Source: a virus
Taxonomy: Duplodnaviria; Caudoviricetes
Virus record (IMG/VR): IMGVR_UViG_2933660794_000001
Location: 24,816 to 88,815 of that record
Length of the DNA: 64,000 nucleotides
Direction: 5' to 3' (one strand)
The first letter of the stretch is position 1, and each line of letters opens with the position of its first letter. A program made the position numbers and the translations under genes. The notes under the pieces are model-generated. The model saw only the letters and a list, made by a program, of their open reading frames with translations, had not been told where the DNA came from and searched no databases. Positions 9,840 to 19,459 of the stretch are shown here, piece by piece.

Positions 9840-10232
9840 TCAGCTCCCGAAGATCCGGTCCAGGGCGCTGGTGAACGCCTGCTCGTACTCGGGTGACAGT
9901 TCGTTCACTGCGGGGCCGACGTGCGGGAAGGGCGGCTGGAAGAAGTGCCGGCCGATGCTGTCGGTCATATCCCAGAACCCGTACTCCAGGCGGCGACCCT
10001 GCGGCTTGCGGGTGCCTACCTCCGCGCCACCGCCGTCCGGGACCGCGAACGGCTCACGCTTCCAGGAAGGCCGGTACTTGTCCGTGATGACGTTCGGTCC
10101 GGGTCTGCCGGATGCGTTCTCCATGATGAGCGCGCGCAGCAGCCGGGCCTGCTGCTGCACCGTGCGGTTCACTTCGGGGCCGACCCGGTCGGCGGCCTGC
10201 TCGAGGCGGGCGGCGAGGTCGTCGAGGTCCAT
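9840..10232 (-). CDS. HK97 gp10-like tail completion protein
   Basis: Start re-assigned to ATG 10232; GRRLEYGF and QPPFPHVGPA motifs. Confidence 0.7.
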   Translation of the reverse strand: MDLDDLAARLEQAADRVGPEVNRTVQQQARLLRALIMENASGRPGPNVITDKYRPSWKREPFAVPDGGGAEVGTRKPQGRRLEYGFWDMTDSIGRHFFQPPFPHVGPAVNELSPEYEQAFTSALDRIFGS

Positions 10233-10678
10233 CAGCTGCTCGCCTCCCTCGTCTGCTGGATCTGGTCCAGGCCCGTGATCCGGACGACGGAGATCGTGGC
10301 CGCGTTCGACGGGTCCTGCACCCGCCACTGCCGGCCGATCAGCGCCAGGTCCCCGCCCGCGTGCACAGTGACGACCGTGACGATGCTGTCCCGCTCGGCG
10401 ATCGGCGCCGACAGCGGTGTCAGCGCAATGTACTTGGAGGTTGTCTCGTCCGACCACGGCTGGGTCACGACCGGCAGCGCGGATATCCCGCCCGGGGTGC
10501 CGGACACCTGGACGGCTCCGGGACCTTCGTAGATGAGGTCACCTTCGGGGTAGGTGTAGCGGCCGGTAGCCGGGTCAAAGACGGGCTTGCCCGCGGCGGG
10601 GGTGGTGAAGCGGATCGTGTCGAGGAGGATGAAGCCCTCCACGAACTGGGCGATGGACGACAGGTCCAGGCCGGTCAT
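10232..10678 (-). CDS. Head-to-tail stopper (DUF6093-like)
   Basis: Start re-assigned to ATG 10678; PVFDPATG...IYEGPGAVQ...LIGRQWRV pattern. Confidence 0.7.
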   Translation of the reverse strand: MTGLDLSSIAQFVEGFILLDTIRFTTPAAGKPVFDPATGRYTYPEGDLIYEGPGAVQVSGTPGGISALPVVTQPWSDETTSKYIALTPLSAPIAERDSIVTVVTVHAGGDLALIGRQWRVQDPSNAATISVVRITGLDQIQQTREASS

Positions 10679-11073
10679 CAAGTGTCTGCCTTTCCGCCGA
10701 GCACCCACTCCCTGAGGGTGGCGAGCATGGCGCGGGCGGTCGCGCCCTCTCCCCCGCCATAGTCGGCACGGTTCAGCGCCGCCTGGTCGAGGAGGACAGG
10801 ATCGACCTCGGCGAGGAAGGCAGCAATCAGCTCCCCCGGAGTCTTGGTGACGCCAACCGCGACGCGGGCGAGGCCTTCGAAGGCAACGTGGTCGGGCTGC
10901 CTGGTGTGCAGGACCAGCATGGGCAGGGCGTCGGCCACCGAGTGCTCGAGGACGTAGCCGGTCACCGTGTTCGCAGGCAGTGAGGCGCCGTCCAGGGCGA
11001 TGCTGGCGTGGCCGGGCAGGGCGTTGATACGGACGCCGTGCGCCTGCGGTTCGTCCGGCGGCAGGGTACTCAT
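10678..11073 (-). CDS. Hypothetical phage protein
   Basis: 131 aa, overlapping both neighbours' start/stop codons. Confidence 0.65.
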   Translation of the reverse strand: MSTLPPDEPQAHGVRINALPGHASIALDGASLPANTVTGYVLEHSVADALPMLVLHTRQPDHVAFEGLARVAVGVTKTPGELIAAFLAEVDPVLLDQAALNRADYGGGEGATARAMLATLREWVLGGKADT

Positions 11074-11294
11074 TCTTCCGTGGCCTCCTCTTCTGCCCGC
11101 GACGCCTGCCAGGAGCTGACGTGGCCGATGGCGATGGCGTACCAGGACATGAGGACGACGTAGGCGATGGAGTTACGCCACCACAGGAGCGTGGGCGGGA
11201 GCAGCGCAACCCAGGCGAAGAACAGCACCATGTGCAGGCGCTTCCAGAAGAGGGCGGAGCCCACGGACGTCTCCCTTCGTACGTGCGACATCAC
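11070..11294 (-). CDS. Small two-TM membrane protein
   Basis: 74 aa with two hydrophobic Trp-rich segments; start/stop overlaps on both sides. Confidence 0.6.
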   Translation of the reverse strand: MMSHVRRETSVGSALFWKRLHMVLFFAWVALLPPTLLWWRNSIAYVVLMSWYAIAIGHVSSWQASRAEEEATEE

Positions 11295-12130
11295 AGTGGG
11301 GCTCCCGACCGGATGGTGGTGCGGCCGATCAGGTCCAGGCGGGGAAGAAGCTCCCTCTGACAGTTCGGGTGCGCGGACGGGTGCGCGAGGGCGTCCTGAA
11401 CGGTCCTGAGGGTCCGGTTGGCGCGGTCGGGGTCGTCGTGCTCGGTCCAGCCGCAGTCGGCGCCGTCACGGATCTCCACCCATTCGGTGCCGAGTTCGTC
11501 CAGGGCGGTCCGGGCGGCAGCGGTGTTGGCGGTGGTCACGGCCTGCCAGGTGATCGCGGCGCGAGCCCAGGAGTCGACGGGGTGGCGGGCCTGATTGGCG
11601 TAGAGGACGGTGTCCAGGGGGTGATCGCGGCGCAGCGCGGTCACGTCGAAGCGGGCTGCTGTGCTGCGGGCGGCGTCCTGAGCGGCGCGGAGAAAGGCGC
11701 GGGCGCGGCGCAGAGCCTCGCTTATGCGGCCGGTGAGGTCGGCGTAGAACTGCGCGGACGCGGTGGTGATCGCGGCGCGGTGCCGGTCCGTCCAGGTGAA
11801 CAGGTCGTTGCGGCGGTCGGCGTTGTCGAGCATGGTCCAGGCGCCCTCACGGTAGATGAGGGGCAGGTCCGTTGCGGCCCAGCGCTCCGCGAAGGCCATG
11901 GCGGCCCGGTTGAACGCGGCCAGGGACGTGTTGAAGACGGCGAACGCGGCACGGAGTGCGGCGCCGCCGCCTGAGGTGCGGCCGGGCCGGATCGCGGCGA
12001 GCGCGTTCAGCAGGCGGGTCTGGGCGATGGTGAGGATGGACCATGCGGCGCGCAGCCGGCTGACGGCGTCGGTGATGAAGCTGAGGAGTCGCGAGCGGAG
12101 GGTGCGGCCGCGGCGGATGCGGGTGCTCAT
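11291..12130 (-). CDS. MuF-like minor capsid / head morphogenesis protein
   Basis: 279 aa; C-terminal DGADCGW...HPSAHPNCQR motif. Confidence 0.7.
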   Translation of the reverse strand: MSTRIRRGRTLRSRLLSFITDAVSRLRAAWSILTIAQTRLLNALAAIRPGRTSGGGAALRAAFAVFNTSLAAFNRAAMAFAERWAATDLPLIYREGAWTMLDNADRRNDLFTWTDRHRAAITTASAQFYADLTGRISEALRRARAFLRAAQDAARSTAARFDVTALRRDHPLDTVLYANQARHPVDSWARAAITWQAVTTANTAAARTALDELGTEWVEIRDGADCGWTEHDDPDRANRTLRTVQDALAHPSAHPNCQRELLPRLDLIGRTTIRSGAPL

Positions 12131-12456
12131 CGGCGGGGCCGTTCCCGCAGCATAAGAAGGTCGATGCCTTCTGTGCCGGTTCCGTCGGTGGGGTCGTCTG
12201 GGGCCGGGTTGTCTCCGGCTTCGAGGGCGGCGATCTGCCGTTCGTAGGCCTTGATGTTCTCGGCGAAACCGACGGACACGGCGTTGGGGACGCTGACGGT
12301 CGCCGGCTGGGCGCGGAGCGCGGCGAGGCGTTCCCGCAGGACCTCAAGGGCGACGGCGCGGGCGGTACCGAGCCGGGTGTAGCGGGTCTGGAGGTCGGTG
12401 ACGTTGGTGGCGGTGCCAAGTTCGGCGAGCAGCCAGGCCTTGACGGCGTCGTCCAT
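12127..12456 (-). CDS. Head-to-tail adaptor
   Basis: ATG 12456 with GGAGGT RBS; 109 aa, helical; position after the capsid gene. Confidence 0.6.
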   Translation of the reverse strand: MDDAVKAWLLAELGTATNVTDLQTRYTRLGTARAVALEVLRERLAALRAQPATVSVPNAVSVGFAENIKAYERQIAALEAGDNPAPDDPTDGTGTEGIDLLMLRERPRR

Positions 12457-12494
12457 GGCTACCTCCAGGTGGTGTGGGGTGGGAAGGGGTGCGG

Positions 12495-12541
12495 GTGCGG
12501 GCCCGCCGGTTGGCGCCCCCACCACAGGGGCGGGCCCGCAC
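12495..12541 (-). terminator. GC-rich hairpin downstream of the capsid genes
   Basis: 13-bp inverted repeat GTGCGGGCCCGCC ... GGCGGGCCCGCAC. Confidence 0.6.
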
Positions 12542-12546
12542 GCCGC

Positions 12547-12834
12547 TTACTCGCCGCTGGTGCCCTCGTCAGCGGCGCTCCGGCCCCGAGCCGGCTTCCG
12601 GGCCGCGGTCTTCTTCGCGGCCTGCTTGTCGTCCGCTCCGTCGTTCGAGGCGTCGTTGTCCTCGTCCTTGGCTGCGGCCGCAGGATTGCCCTCAGCGTCC
12701 TCGCCTTCCCAGGCCACCGGGTTGGTGACGAGGTCGGCGAGGCGCTTGTCCGGGCTGGTACCGGCCTCGAGGAGGACGGTCTCGTGGGTGTCGGGGTCCG
12801 TGACGTAGACGGACGCTGCCAGCTTCCGTCCCAT
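12547..12834 (-). CDS. Small capsid-associated hypothetical protein
   Basis: ATG 12834 just after the capsid stop; MGRKLAASVYV...LVTNPVAW followed by a charged tail. Confidence 0.65.
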   Translation of the reverse strand: MGRKLAASVYVTDPDTHETVLLEAGTSPDKRLADLVTNPVAWEGEDAEGNPAAAAKDEDNDASNDGADDKQAAKKTAARKPARGRSAADEGTSGE

Positions 12835-12836
12835 GG

Positions 12837-13883
12837 TCAGAACACCGTCGCCGTGATGTGGATGTCCGGGACGTAAAGCACCGGCATGGCGACCGCGGCG
12901 CCCTTGGTCCACACAGTGACGGGGTCATCGGTGTAGCCGTGGGTGACGACGATGCCGGGGGCCTCTTCCCGCTCGATGGCCGGGTTGCCACCGGAGGACA
13001 GGACGAGGGACTCGGCGGTGACGCCGTACTGCGTCTCGCCCCACGTCTGCGGGTTCGGCGGAAGCATCAGCCACTTGTTGTCCGGGATGGGCCGGGCCAT
13101 GGTGCCGTCGTCCTTGGGGATCTGGACGTCGTACACCTCGATCGGCGGCAGGTTGTAGCGGGCGCGGACGGCGTCGACCTCGTTGGGTGCGAGGACTCCG
13201 GTGGGGATGTTCGCTGCGGAGGTGCCGTAGAAGGCCTGCCGGTAGGCGTTGTTCCCTGCCAGGAGGGCGCGCGCCTTGTACGAGGTGACGACGCGGGAAG
13301 GGAGCGGGGCTCCTGAAGCGCGCAGGACCTCGATCCAGTTCATCTCGTCCTTGAGGGCGTCCGCGGTCGGGTCCGTCCATGCGGTCGCCGCGGTCGGCAT
13401 GTTCGCCGAGGGGACGCCGGCGTCGTACTCGACGGTGAGGCCGTTCTCCCCGGCGAGGGTGAACTTGCCATCGGTGAGCAAGTCGCCCACGGCCAGCTCG
13501 AGGCGGGCCTTGATGGACTGCACATGCGCGGCGACGTCCTGGTAGAGGAGTTCGACCAGTTCGGAGGCGTCGGCGCCGCGGGAGGTGTCGAGGAGGATCT
13601 GCTCGAGTTCGCCGACCAGGTACTTCTGGCCCAGGGGCGGGAGCATGCCCTCGGTGACGATCCGCTTCGCCTCGCGGGTGGCGACCGCGGTCTGCGCGTC
13701 CCACGCCCGGTACTTAGCGGCGTTCACACGCCGGCTGGTGGACTTGATGCGGAACTTGACCGAGTTGATGGTCTTCTCCGGCATCACAGACAGGGTCAGC
13801 GCGTAATCCGCGGGGGTCTGTACGGCGCGGGCGAACGCGTTGATCTCGGTGGCGTCGATGTCCCTGAGCAGGGTGTCAAGCAT
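12837..13883 (-). CDS. Major capsid protein (lambda gpE-like family)
   Basis: 348 aa; LPPLGQK, IKARLE, DPVTVWTKGAAVAMPVL motifs; follows the decoration and scaffold genes. Confidence 0.9.
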   Translation of the reverse strand: MLDTLLRDIDATEINAFARAVQTPADYALTLSVMPEKTINSVKFRIKSTSRRVNAAKYRAWDAQTAVATREAKRIVTEGMLPPLGQKYLVGELEQILLDTSRGADASELVELLYQDVAAHVQSIKARLELAVGDLLTDGKFTLAGENGLTVEYDAGVPSANMPTAATAWTDPTADALKDEMNWIEVLRASGAPLPSRVVTSYKARALLAGNNAYRQAFYGTSAANIPTGVLAPNEVDAVRARYNLPPIEVYDVQIPKDDGTMARPIPDNKWLMLPPNPQTWGETQYGVTAESLVLSSGGNPAIEREEAPGIVVTHGYTDDPVTVWTKGAAVAMPVLYVPDIHITATVF

Positions 13884-13899
13884 CTGGGGTCACCCCTTT

Positions 13900-14310
13900 T
13901 CAGGCGAATCGGAGGTTGTCGGTGCGGTTGGCGGCCGCGGGCACGGTCAGGGCGACCGGGAGCTTCGCGGTGTCGATGGAGCCGTGGACGCGGAGCGCGC
14001 CACCGACCTTGGTGACGGCCGGGTTGAAAGCGGTCTCGGTGTCCAGGACGCCGGCGAGGATCTGCGTGCCGTCGGAGGCGCCGGAGGTGTACGGGCCGTA
14101 CAGGCCAGACGCCGTGATCTTCCCGAGGGGCAGGCCGGACTTGAAGTAGGCGTACGGCATGGTCGCGGTCGCCGCGACGTAGTGGGTGCCGGACGTGAAC
14201 TTGGAGACGTCCAGGGTGATCGTCTCGTTCATCTCGGTGCCGTGAGGGCTCTTCAGCCACCGCCGGTCAGCGGTCACGGTCGTGGTGGTGGTCATCGGCT
14301 GGAGGTCCAC
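13900..14310 (-). CDS. Head decoration protein
   Basis: GTG 14310 with GGAG RBS; KSGLPLGKITASGLYGPY...SDG motif of gpD-like decoration proteins. Confidence 0.8.
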   Translation of the reverse strand: MDLQPMTTTTTVTADRRWLKSPHGTEMNETITLDVSKFTSGTHYVAATATMPYAYFKSGLPLGKITASGLYGPYTSGASDGTQILAGVLDTETAFNPAVTKVGGALRVHGSIDTAKLPVALTVPAAANRTDNLRFA

Positions 14311-14421
14311 GCCGATCTCCTCCCGTGGAATGGGGATGGCACTGGGGTGCGGGCTACCAACTCGGGTGGTGCCGTCCACGGGGTGGTGCGGGGAGGGCGT
14401 GGTCCCTCGGTCTTGGGTGGG

Positions 14422-15162
14422 TCAGGCGGCGGGGCGCCGGAATCCCATCTGCCGGGCGCGTGCTTCGGCGCGGGCCTTGACGTCGTCCTTGGTGGCGTGC
14501 GGCTTACCGCTGCCACCTGCGGGCGCGCCGCCGGGAGCGGGGGGAAGCGGATTGGGCTGGGGGGCCGGCTTGGCGCCGAACAGTTCCGGGCGACGTTCCT
14601 TCAGCGCGGTGGCGGCTTCCGTGATGGCCTGCTCGTCGGCGTCGTCGGCAACGCGCAGCAGGGCTGAGGCGTCCTCGAGGTCGTCGCCGGTGGCACCGAG
14701 CCCGACGAGGACAGCCCGGCGGGTCGCTGCGCGTTCCCTGGCGACCGCGGCGGCTTCGCGGGCTGCAGCCTCGGCCTTGATGCGCTCCAGCTCGTCGCGG
14801 AGGCGCTGCTCCTCGGTCTTCTTCGCCTCCTCCGCCTGGCGGGCGGCGGCGATGAATGCCTTGGCGTCGTCGACGCTGTTGAAGCCGTGCTCGGTGGCGA
14901 AGTCCTCGAGGGCCTGGCGGGCTCCTGCCCGCTTGCCCTGGTCCTTCTCCTTGGCTGCGATCCGCTCCAGGTCTTCCTGCGTGTACTGCGGTACCGGCGT
15001 GGGGCTCGGGGGCGGGCCGGGCTTGGGCGGGTCCTGCGGGGTCGGCGTGGGAGGGGTGCCGCCGTCGTTGTAGAACACGGCGAGACCGACGGGACCGGTG
15101 TAGGGGTGGGCCCAGCCGGGGGCGGCGGCGAGACCGGGGCGGTGCTGCGCGGGGCGACGCAT
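14422..15162 (-). CDS. Capsid scaffolding protein
   Basis: ATG 15162 with GGGAGG RBS; YTQEDLERI, coiled coil, RRPELF, Pro/Gly-rich tail. Confidence 0.8.
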   Translation of the reverse strand: MRRPAQHRPGLAAAPGWAHPYTGPVGLAVFYNDGGTPPTPTPQDPPKPGPPPSPTPVPQYTQEDLERIAAKEKDQGKRAGARQALEDFATEHGFNSVDDAKAFIAAARQAEEAKKTEEQRLRDELERIKAEAAAREAAAVARERAATRRAVLVGLGATGDDLEDASALLRVADDADEQAITEAATALKERRPELFGAKPAPQPNPLPPAPGGAPAGGSGKPHATKDDVKARAEARARQMGFRRPAA

Positions 15163-15190
15163 TGGAGACAGTCCTCCCAAGGACGATCGT

Positions 15191-15207
15191 TCAGGCCCCG
15201 CGCCTGA
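15191..15207 (-). promoter_or_regulatory. Conserved late-gene leader motif, copy before scaffold
   Basis: Minus strand TCAGGCGCGGGGCCTGA; the same 14-bp core occurs before portal and terS. Confidence 0.6.
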
Positions 15208-15227
15208 GATCAAGGACAGCACAGAAA

Positions 15228-17099
15228 TCAAGAGGTGTTCCCCCCGCTTCCCTGCGCGGCCGGATCGTCGACCGCTTGGCCGGCCGGGCTGGGCCCGATT
15301 TCGGGGAGGATCACGGCCGGTGCCTCGGGCTCGTCGGGGGCTTGCCGACCGAGGAACGACGCCACCTCTTCGGGGTTGCCGAGCGCGTCGGCAAGGTTCC
15401 GGGCGTCGGTGAAGGACCGGGAGTCGATCCGCTTCAGCTCCTCAGCGGCATCCTCGATCGGGAATCCGGCTTCCATCAGCATCTTGATGCCGGTCTCCTT
15501 GGACAGGACGCCGGCGGTGACACCGGTGGTGACCTGCTCGAGGACGCCTGCCTTGTCGGTCGGCTTGTACGGGCCGAACACGAGCTTGGCGGGCTGTGCC
15601 TGGACGCCGGCCCAGTCGGGGTGCTGGCCGGCGAGGTGGAGGCGCTGGATGAACTTCAGCAGCAGCGTGTACTTGTGGTCGCGGGCGAGCCGCATGCTGT
15701 CGATGAGGGAGTCGAGCGGACCTAGGGTGATGTCCAGGGCGTATCCGGACGGTGCCTGGGCTGGGTCGACGGTGCCGAGGGCGACGGCGGGGAGCCGGGC
15801 GACTTTGGCGGCGCGGTCGGCGAGGTCGTGGACGTGCTCGCGTAGCTCACGGAGCGCGGAGGAGGTGTCGACGGCGGTCAGCCGGCCGTTCTCGCCCAGC
15901 TTGAACAGGGCGCCCGGGCCGACGTCGAGTTGGGTGCGGGGGTCGGTGACGCCGGAGATGGCGACCATGGGCAGGCCGGTGGTCGCTGAGGCGCGTGCGG
16001 AGTCGGTGTCGGATCCGGCGAGTTCGTCGAAGACCTGCAGCACCTTCGCGAGAGAGGACTGTCCCCAGTGTTCTTCTGCGGAGGGCACGGTGTTGGGGAC
16101 GTGGACGACCGGGACGAAGTCGATGAGCAGGTCGAGGTGGTCGAGGACTTCTCCGTCGGAGCGGGTCGCGAACGTTGCCTTGTCCAGGGGGAGGGAGTCG
16201 ACGTCGGTCTCGCCCTTGAGGTCCTCGAGGTTCCAGGTGGCGTCGGTGAGGTAGCAGGTGAGCGTGGTGGGCCGGTCGTTCCACGGGTAGAGGCGGCTGA
16301 CGGTTCCGGTGTCCGGGTCGACGGTGTCGCCGGGGCCGACGACGGGGACCAGGTCTCCGTCCGGTCCTTCGACGGTCAGTGGGGCGCGGACGGCCCGGCC
16401 GGAGGAGTCCAGGCCGGCGGCGGTGGCTGCGCCGATCGGGGCGAGTTCGTAGGTGATGCGGCGCAGCCGGGCCTTGAGATTGCGGCGGGGGTCCTCGGGG
16501 AGTTCCCACGCGAAGTGGACGCGGTCGGGGAACTCGCCGTCGTCTTCCTCGAGGACGGGGAAGTAGAAACCGGGGTCGACGGAGCGGACGGTGGCCCGCT
16601 GCTTCGCCGGGTCCCAGGCGAGCCGGTACACGCCGTCCCCGAGGGTGACGGCCTTGCGTTCGGTCTGCTGCATCCGCATCGGCAGCAGTTCGTCCTCGGC
16701 CCAGTCCCGCAGCAGGGTCTGGACTCGTTCGGCCATGGCGTCCCGGGCGTCCGGGTCGTCGGTGTTCTCGGCGCCGGGGACGGTGATGTGCTGCTCGCGG
16801 CCCAGGACGTGGGAGAGGATCGCGTCGACGAACATCGACGGGTCGCCGAACTCCCGCTTGTCGCGCGCGCTGGGGCCGTCGAGGACCTCGGCGAGTTCGG
16901 CGGCCTGGTTGTTGTCGTAGGCCTGGAGCAGCTTGTACGCGGCGAGTCGGCGTTCGTCCTCGGGGGGTACCCAGGTGGCCTTGGCCTCGGGGAAGGCCCT
17001 GCGGTGGGGCATGCCGCGGGGGTCGCTGTAGATCGGCTTGTAGTTCAGCCAGGACCAGGCGTCGACGATGAGACGCTTCGCACCGGACGTGAGGCCCAC
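15228..17099 (-). CDS. Portal protein
   Basis: 623 aa directly downstream of the large terminase; LGDGVYRLAWD, VPVVHVPN, WGQSSL, SGYAL motifs. Confidence 0.85.
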   Translation of the reverse strand: MGLTSGAKRLIVDAWSWLNYKPIYSDPRGMPHRRAFPEAKATWVPPEDERRLAAYKLLQAYDNNQAAELAEVLDGPSARDKREFGDPSMFVDAILSHVLGREQHITVPGAENTDDPDARDAMAERVQTLLRDWAEDELLPMRMQQTERKAVTLGDGVYRLAWDPAKQRATVRSVDPGFYFPVLEEDDGEFPDRVHFAWELPEDPRRNLKARLRRITYELAPIGAATAAGLDSSGRAVRAPLTVEGPDGDLVPVVGPGDTVDPDTGTVSRLYPWNDRPTTLTCYLTDATWNLEDLKGETDVDSLPLDKATFATRSDGEVLDHLDLLIDFVPVVHVPNTVPSAEEHWGQSSLAKVLQVFDELAGSDTDSARASATTGLPMVAISGVTDPRTQLDVGPGALFKLGENGRLTAVDTSSALRELREHVHDLADRAAKVARLPAVALGTVDPAQAPSGYALDITLGPLDSLIDSMRLARDHKYTLLLKFIQRLHLAGQHPDWAGVQAQPAKLVFGPYKPTDKAGVLEQVTTGVTAGVLSKETGIKMLMEAGFPIEDAAEELKRIDSRSFTDARNLADALGNPEEVASFLGRQAPDEPEAPAVILPEIGPSPAGQAVDDPAAQGSGGNTS

Positions 17100-17116
17100 C
17101 GCTACTCCCTCGCTCG

Positions 17117-17130
17117 CAGGCCCCGCGCCT
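17117..17130 (-). promoter_or_regulatory. Conserved late-gene leader motif, copy before portal
   Basis: Minus strand AGGCGCGGGGCCTG, 17 nt upstream of the portal start. Confidence 0.6.
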
Positions 17131-17251
17131 AGTGATCAGCGTACGGGCTCAGGGGTGTCGGGTTCCCCCTGCTAGCCGGGCAGGGTACGGCGGCCGCCGT
17201 TGTAGGGGGTGGCGTGGCCGGCTGCGGCCGTATACGTACACGAGGGGTCTC

Positions 17252-18862
17252 CTATCGGCGGCCGCGGAGCCGCTGGTCGCTGTAGTGCTGGGTGCCAAGG
17301 CCTTCCTGAGCCGGGTCGGCCAGCTCGGTCAGGGCGTGGACGTAGGCATCCATGCGGTCGGGACTGCTCATGCCGGGCAGCCAGGTGATGAGCTGTCCTT
17401 CGAGGCGGGGGAACTCCCCAACGTGGTGGATCAGGCCTTGTGAGGCCAACTGAGCGATGGGCTCGGCGCGGAGCTTCTTGCCCTGCTTGGCGTGCACCGG
17501 GATGATCCGCGGCATGAGGAGGCCCTTGGTCTCACCGTTGCGCTCGAGGTCCGCCCACGCCTGACGGATGATCTGCGCGGACTGGTCGCCGCCGAAGTTG
17601 TCCTCCACGACGAAGGCGTCTGCTGTGAGTTCGATGGCGAGGCGGCAGGCTTCGTGGCCCCAGACGTCGGCGCCCATGTTCTTGGACCGGTCGGCGAGGA
17701 CGTAGCTGTGGCCGTCTGCGGTGCGGCCGGCGCCGATGATGCCGGTCTCGTCGTGGGTGTCGCCTTCGCCGCCGGCCTGGTCGACGGCGACGATCGTGCG
17801 GGTGAGGTCGACGCCGCGGAACGCCATGGGGGTGATGCGGTTGTCGGTGATCCATGGCCATTTCCACACGCCGCCCTCGAGCGGGCGTGGTTTCTGCATG
17901 TAGAGGGACCACCAGACGCGTTCCCCGACGGCGCGGCGGATCTTCTCAAGGGCTGCGCGGCCGTAGCGCAGCGGCCAGAGGGCTTCGCCGATCTTCCGGC
18001 CGAGGGGGTCGTCTTCGGTGTCGCAGATGGCGGGGAGGTCGAGGCGGATCCAGTCGTCTGCGTCTTCGCCTTCGAGGATCTTCCCGGCGAGGTCCTGCTC
18101 GTGCCAGCGGGTCTGGATGACGATGATGCTGCCGCCGGGTTCGACGCGGGTGTTGAGGACGGACGTCCACCAGTCCCACAGGCGGCGCCGCATGGTGGGG
18201 GATTCGGCGTCTGCGGCGTCCTTGATCGGGTCGTCGACGATGGCGAGGTGGGCGCCCTTGCCGGTGAGGCCGCCTCCGACACCGGCGGTGACGAGTCCGC
18301 CCTCGAGGCGGTTGCCGTCCTTGTCGGCGAGGTCGAACCGGTTGGCTGCTTTGGAGCCGGCGTGGAGGTAGAGGCCGACGTGTTCACCGTAGGAGACGAT
18401 CGCGTCGCGGATCCACCGGCCGTGGTCGTCGGCGAGGTCCGCGCTGTAGGAGGCGATCATCACCCGGTGGTCTGGGTGCCGGGACAGGTACCAGAGGGGT
18501 GCCCATCGTGCGGCACGACGGCTTTTGCCGTGCCGTGGCGGCATGGTGATGAGGACCTTGCGGGAGTGGCCGCGGGCGATGTCGCGGAAGACGCGGTCGA
18601 TCAAGTCGAGGTGGCGGGCCTGCTTCTCTTTGCCGTCGGTGAGGATCGCGGACATGGAGCCTGGGGAGCGTTCCAGGGCCATGGTGCGTTCGAGTTCGGC
18701 GAGGATGCGGCGCAGGTCGGGGCTGGCTGCCGAGGCGATGCGGCGGCGCTGGGCCCGGTTCAGGGTCCGGTACTCGGCGGCGAGCTTCAGGTAGGCCTCG
18801 GTCTGCTGGGCGAGGTCGCTGTCTTCGTCGGTCTCGGTGCGGTCAGTCGGTGCTGTCGTCAT
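17252..18862 (-). CDS. terL: Terminase large subunit
   Basis: Walker A MPPRHGKS, Walker B LAIVDD, IQTRWH, nuclease VAVD and SPDRMDA motifs; start taken at ATG 18862. Confidence 0.95.
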   Translation of the reverse strand: MTTAPTDRTETDEDSDLAQQTEAYLKLAAEYRTLNRAQRRRIASAASPDLRRILAELERTMALERSPGSMSAILTDGKEKQARHLDLIDRVFRDIARGHSRKVLITMPPRHGKSRRAARWAPLWYLSRHPDHRVMIASYSADLADDHGRWIRDAIVSYGEHVGLYLHAGSKAANRFDLADKDGNRLEGGLVTAGVGGGLTGKGAHLAIVDDPIKDAADAESPTMRRRLWDWWTSVLNTRVEPGGSIIVIQTRWHEQDLAGKILEGEDADDWIRLDLPAICDTEDDPLGRKIGEALWPLRYGRAALEKIRRAVGERVWWSLYMQKPRPLEGGVWKWPWITDNRITPMAFRGVDLTRTIVAVDQAGGEGDTHDETGIIGAGRTADGHSYVLADRSKNMGADVWGHEACRLAIELTADAFVVEDNFGGDQSAQIIRQAWADLERNGETKGLLMPRIIPVHAKQGKKLRAEPIAQLASQGLIHHVGEFPRLEGQLITWLPGMSSPDRMDAYVHALTELADPAQEGLGTQHYSDQRLRGRR

Positions 18863-19355
18863 CCGGTTCCTCGCCGTCGTCGGCCAGGGCCTCATCGTCT
18901 TCGTCGGGGTCGCCGGCGGTGCGGATGAGGTCGCGGAGTTCGTTGATGGTTTCGGCGCGGATGGGGACGGCGCCTCCGCCGGGCCCGGACAGTTCGGTCT
19001 TGAGGGCGGCTTCCCAGCCGTTGACCTTCGCTTGCCGCTCCAGGGTCTTCAGGACGAGGTCGGCGGCCTTCGGGTCCGGGCTGTCTCCGCTGCTGCCCAG
19101 GGCGATGGGCAGGTACGTGTCGATGATGTCCTCGAAGATGACGTTCTGTTCTTCGCGGTATCCGGCGACTTCTGCGGCGGTGGCGTCGCGGCGGGCGGTG
19201 ACGGCTCGGTAGAAGTCTTTGCGGGCGCTGTCGGCGCTGCTGTAGCCGAGGGCGAGGATCTTCGGGTCGTCGTAGGGGGTGCGGGTGCGGCGCAGCTTGA
19301 TGAGCTGCGCGCGGCGTTCGTCGATCTCGGCTTGGACGGCCTTGTTGTTCGGCAT
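18843..19355 (-). CDS. terS: Terminase small subunit
   Basis: 170 aa; N-terminal HTH-like part and KTELSGPGGGAV C-terminal motif; overlaps the terL start. Confidence 0.8.
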   Translation of the reverse strand: MPNNKAVQAEIDERRAQLIKLRRTRTPYDDPKILALGYSSADSARKDFYRAVTARRDATAAEVAGYREEQNVIFEDIIDTYLPIALGSSGDSPDPKAADLVLKTLERQAKVNGWEAALKTELSGPGGGAVPIRAETINELRDLIRTAGDPDEDDEALADDGEEPDDDSTD

Positions 19356-19384
19356 AGCGGTGGGGGCTCCCGCTTGTGTGGTTG

Positions 19385-19400
19385 TCAGGCCCCGCGCCTG
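19385..19400 (-). promoter_or_regulatory. Conserved late-gene leader motif, copy before terS
   Basis: Minus strand CAGGCGCGGGGCCTGA, about 30 nt upstream of the terS start. Confidence 0.6.
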
Positions 19401-19459
19401 TCACGGATGATCGCCGATTTTTGCGGTTCTGTTCCCTCCGGTGGGGGTGGGAGAGGACG

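Noticed and set aside
11070-11294. Holin call for the small two-TM protein
   Set aside because: Lies among head-tail connector genes with no endolysin nearby; left as an unknown membrane protein
1-19355. Contractile injection system, tailocin or gene transfer agent
   Set aside because: No tail sheath or baseplate wedge genes; terminase, portal and capsid are present along with the element's own replication genes, consistent with a siphovirus
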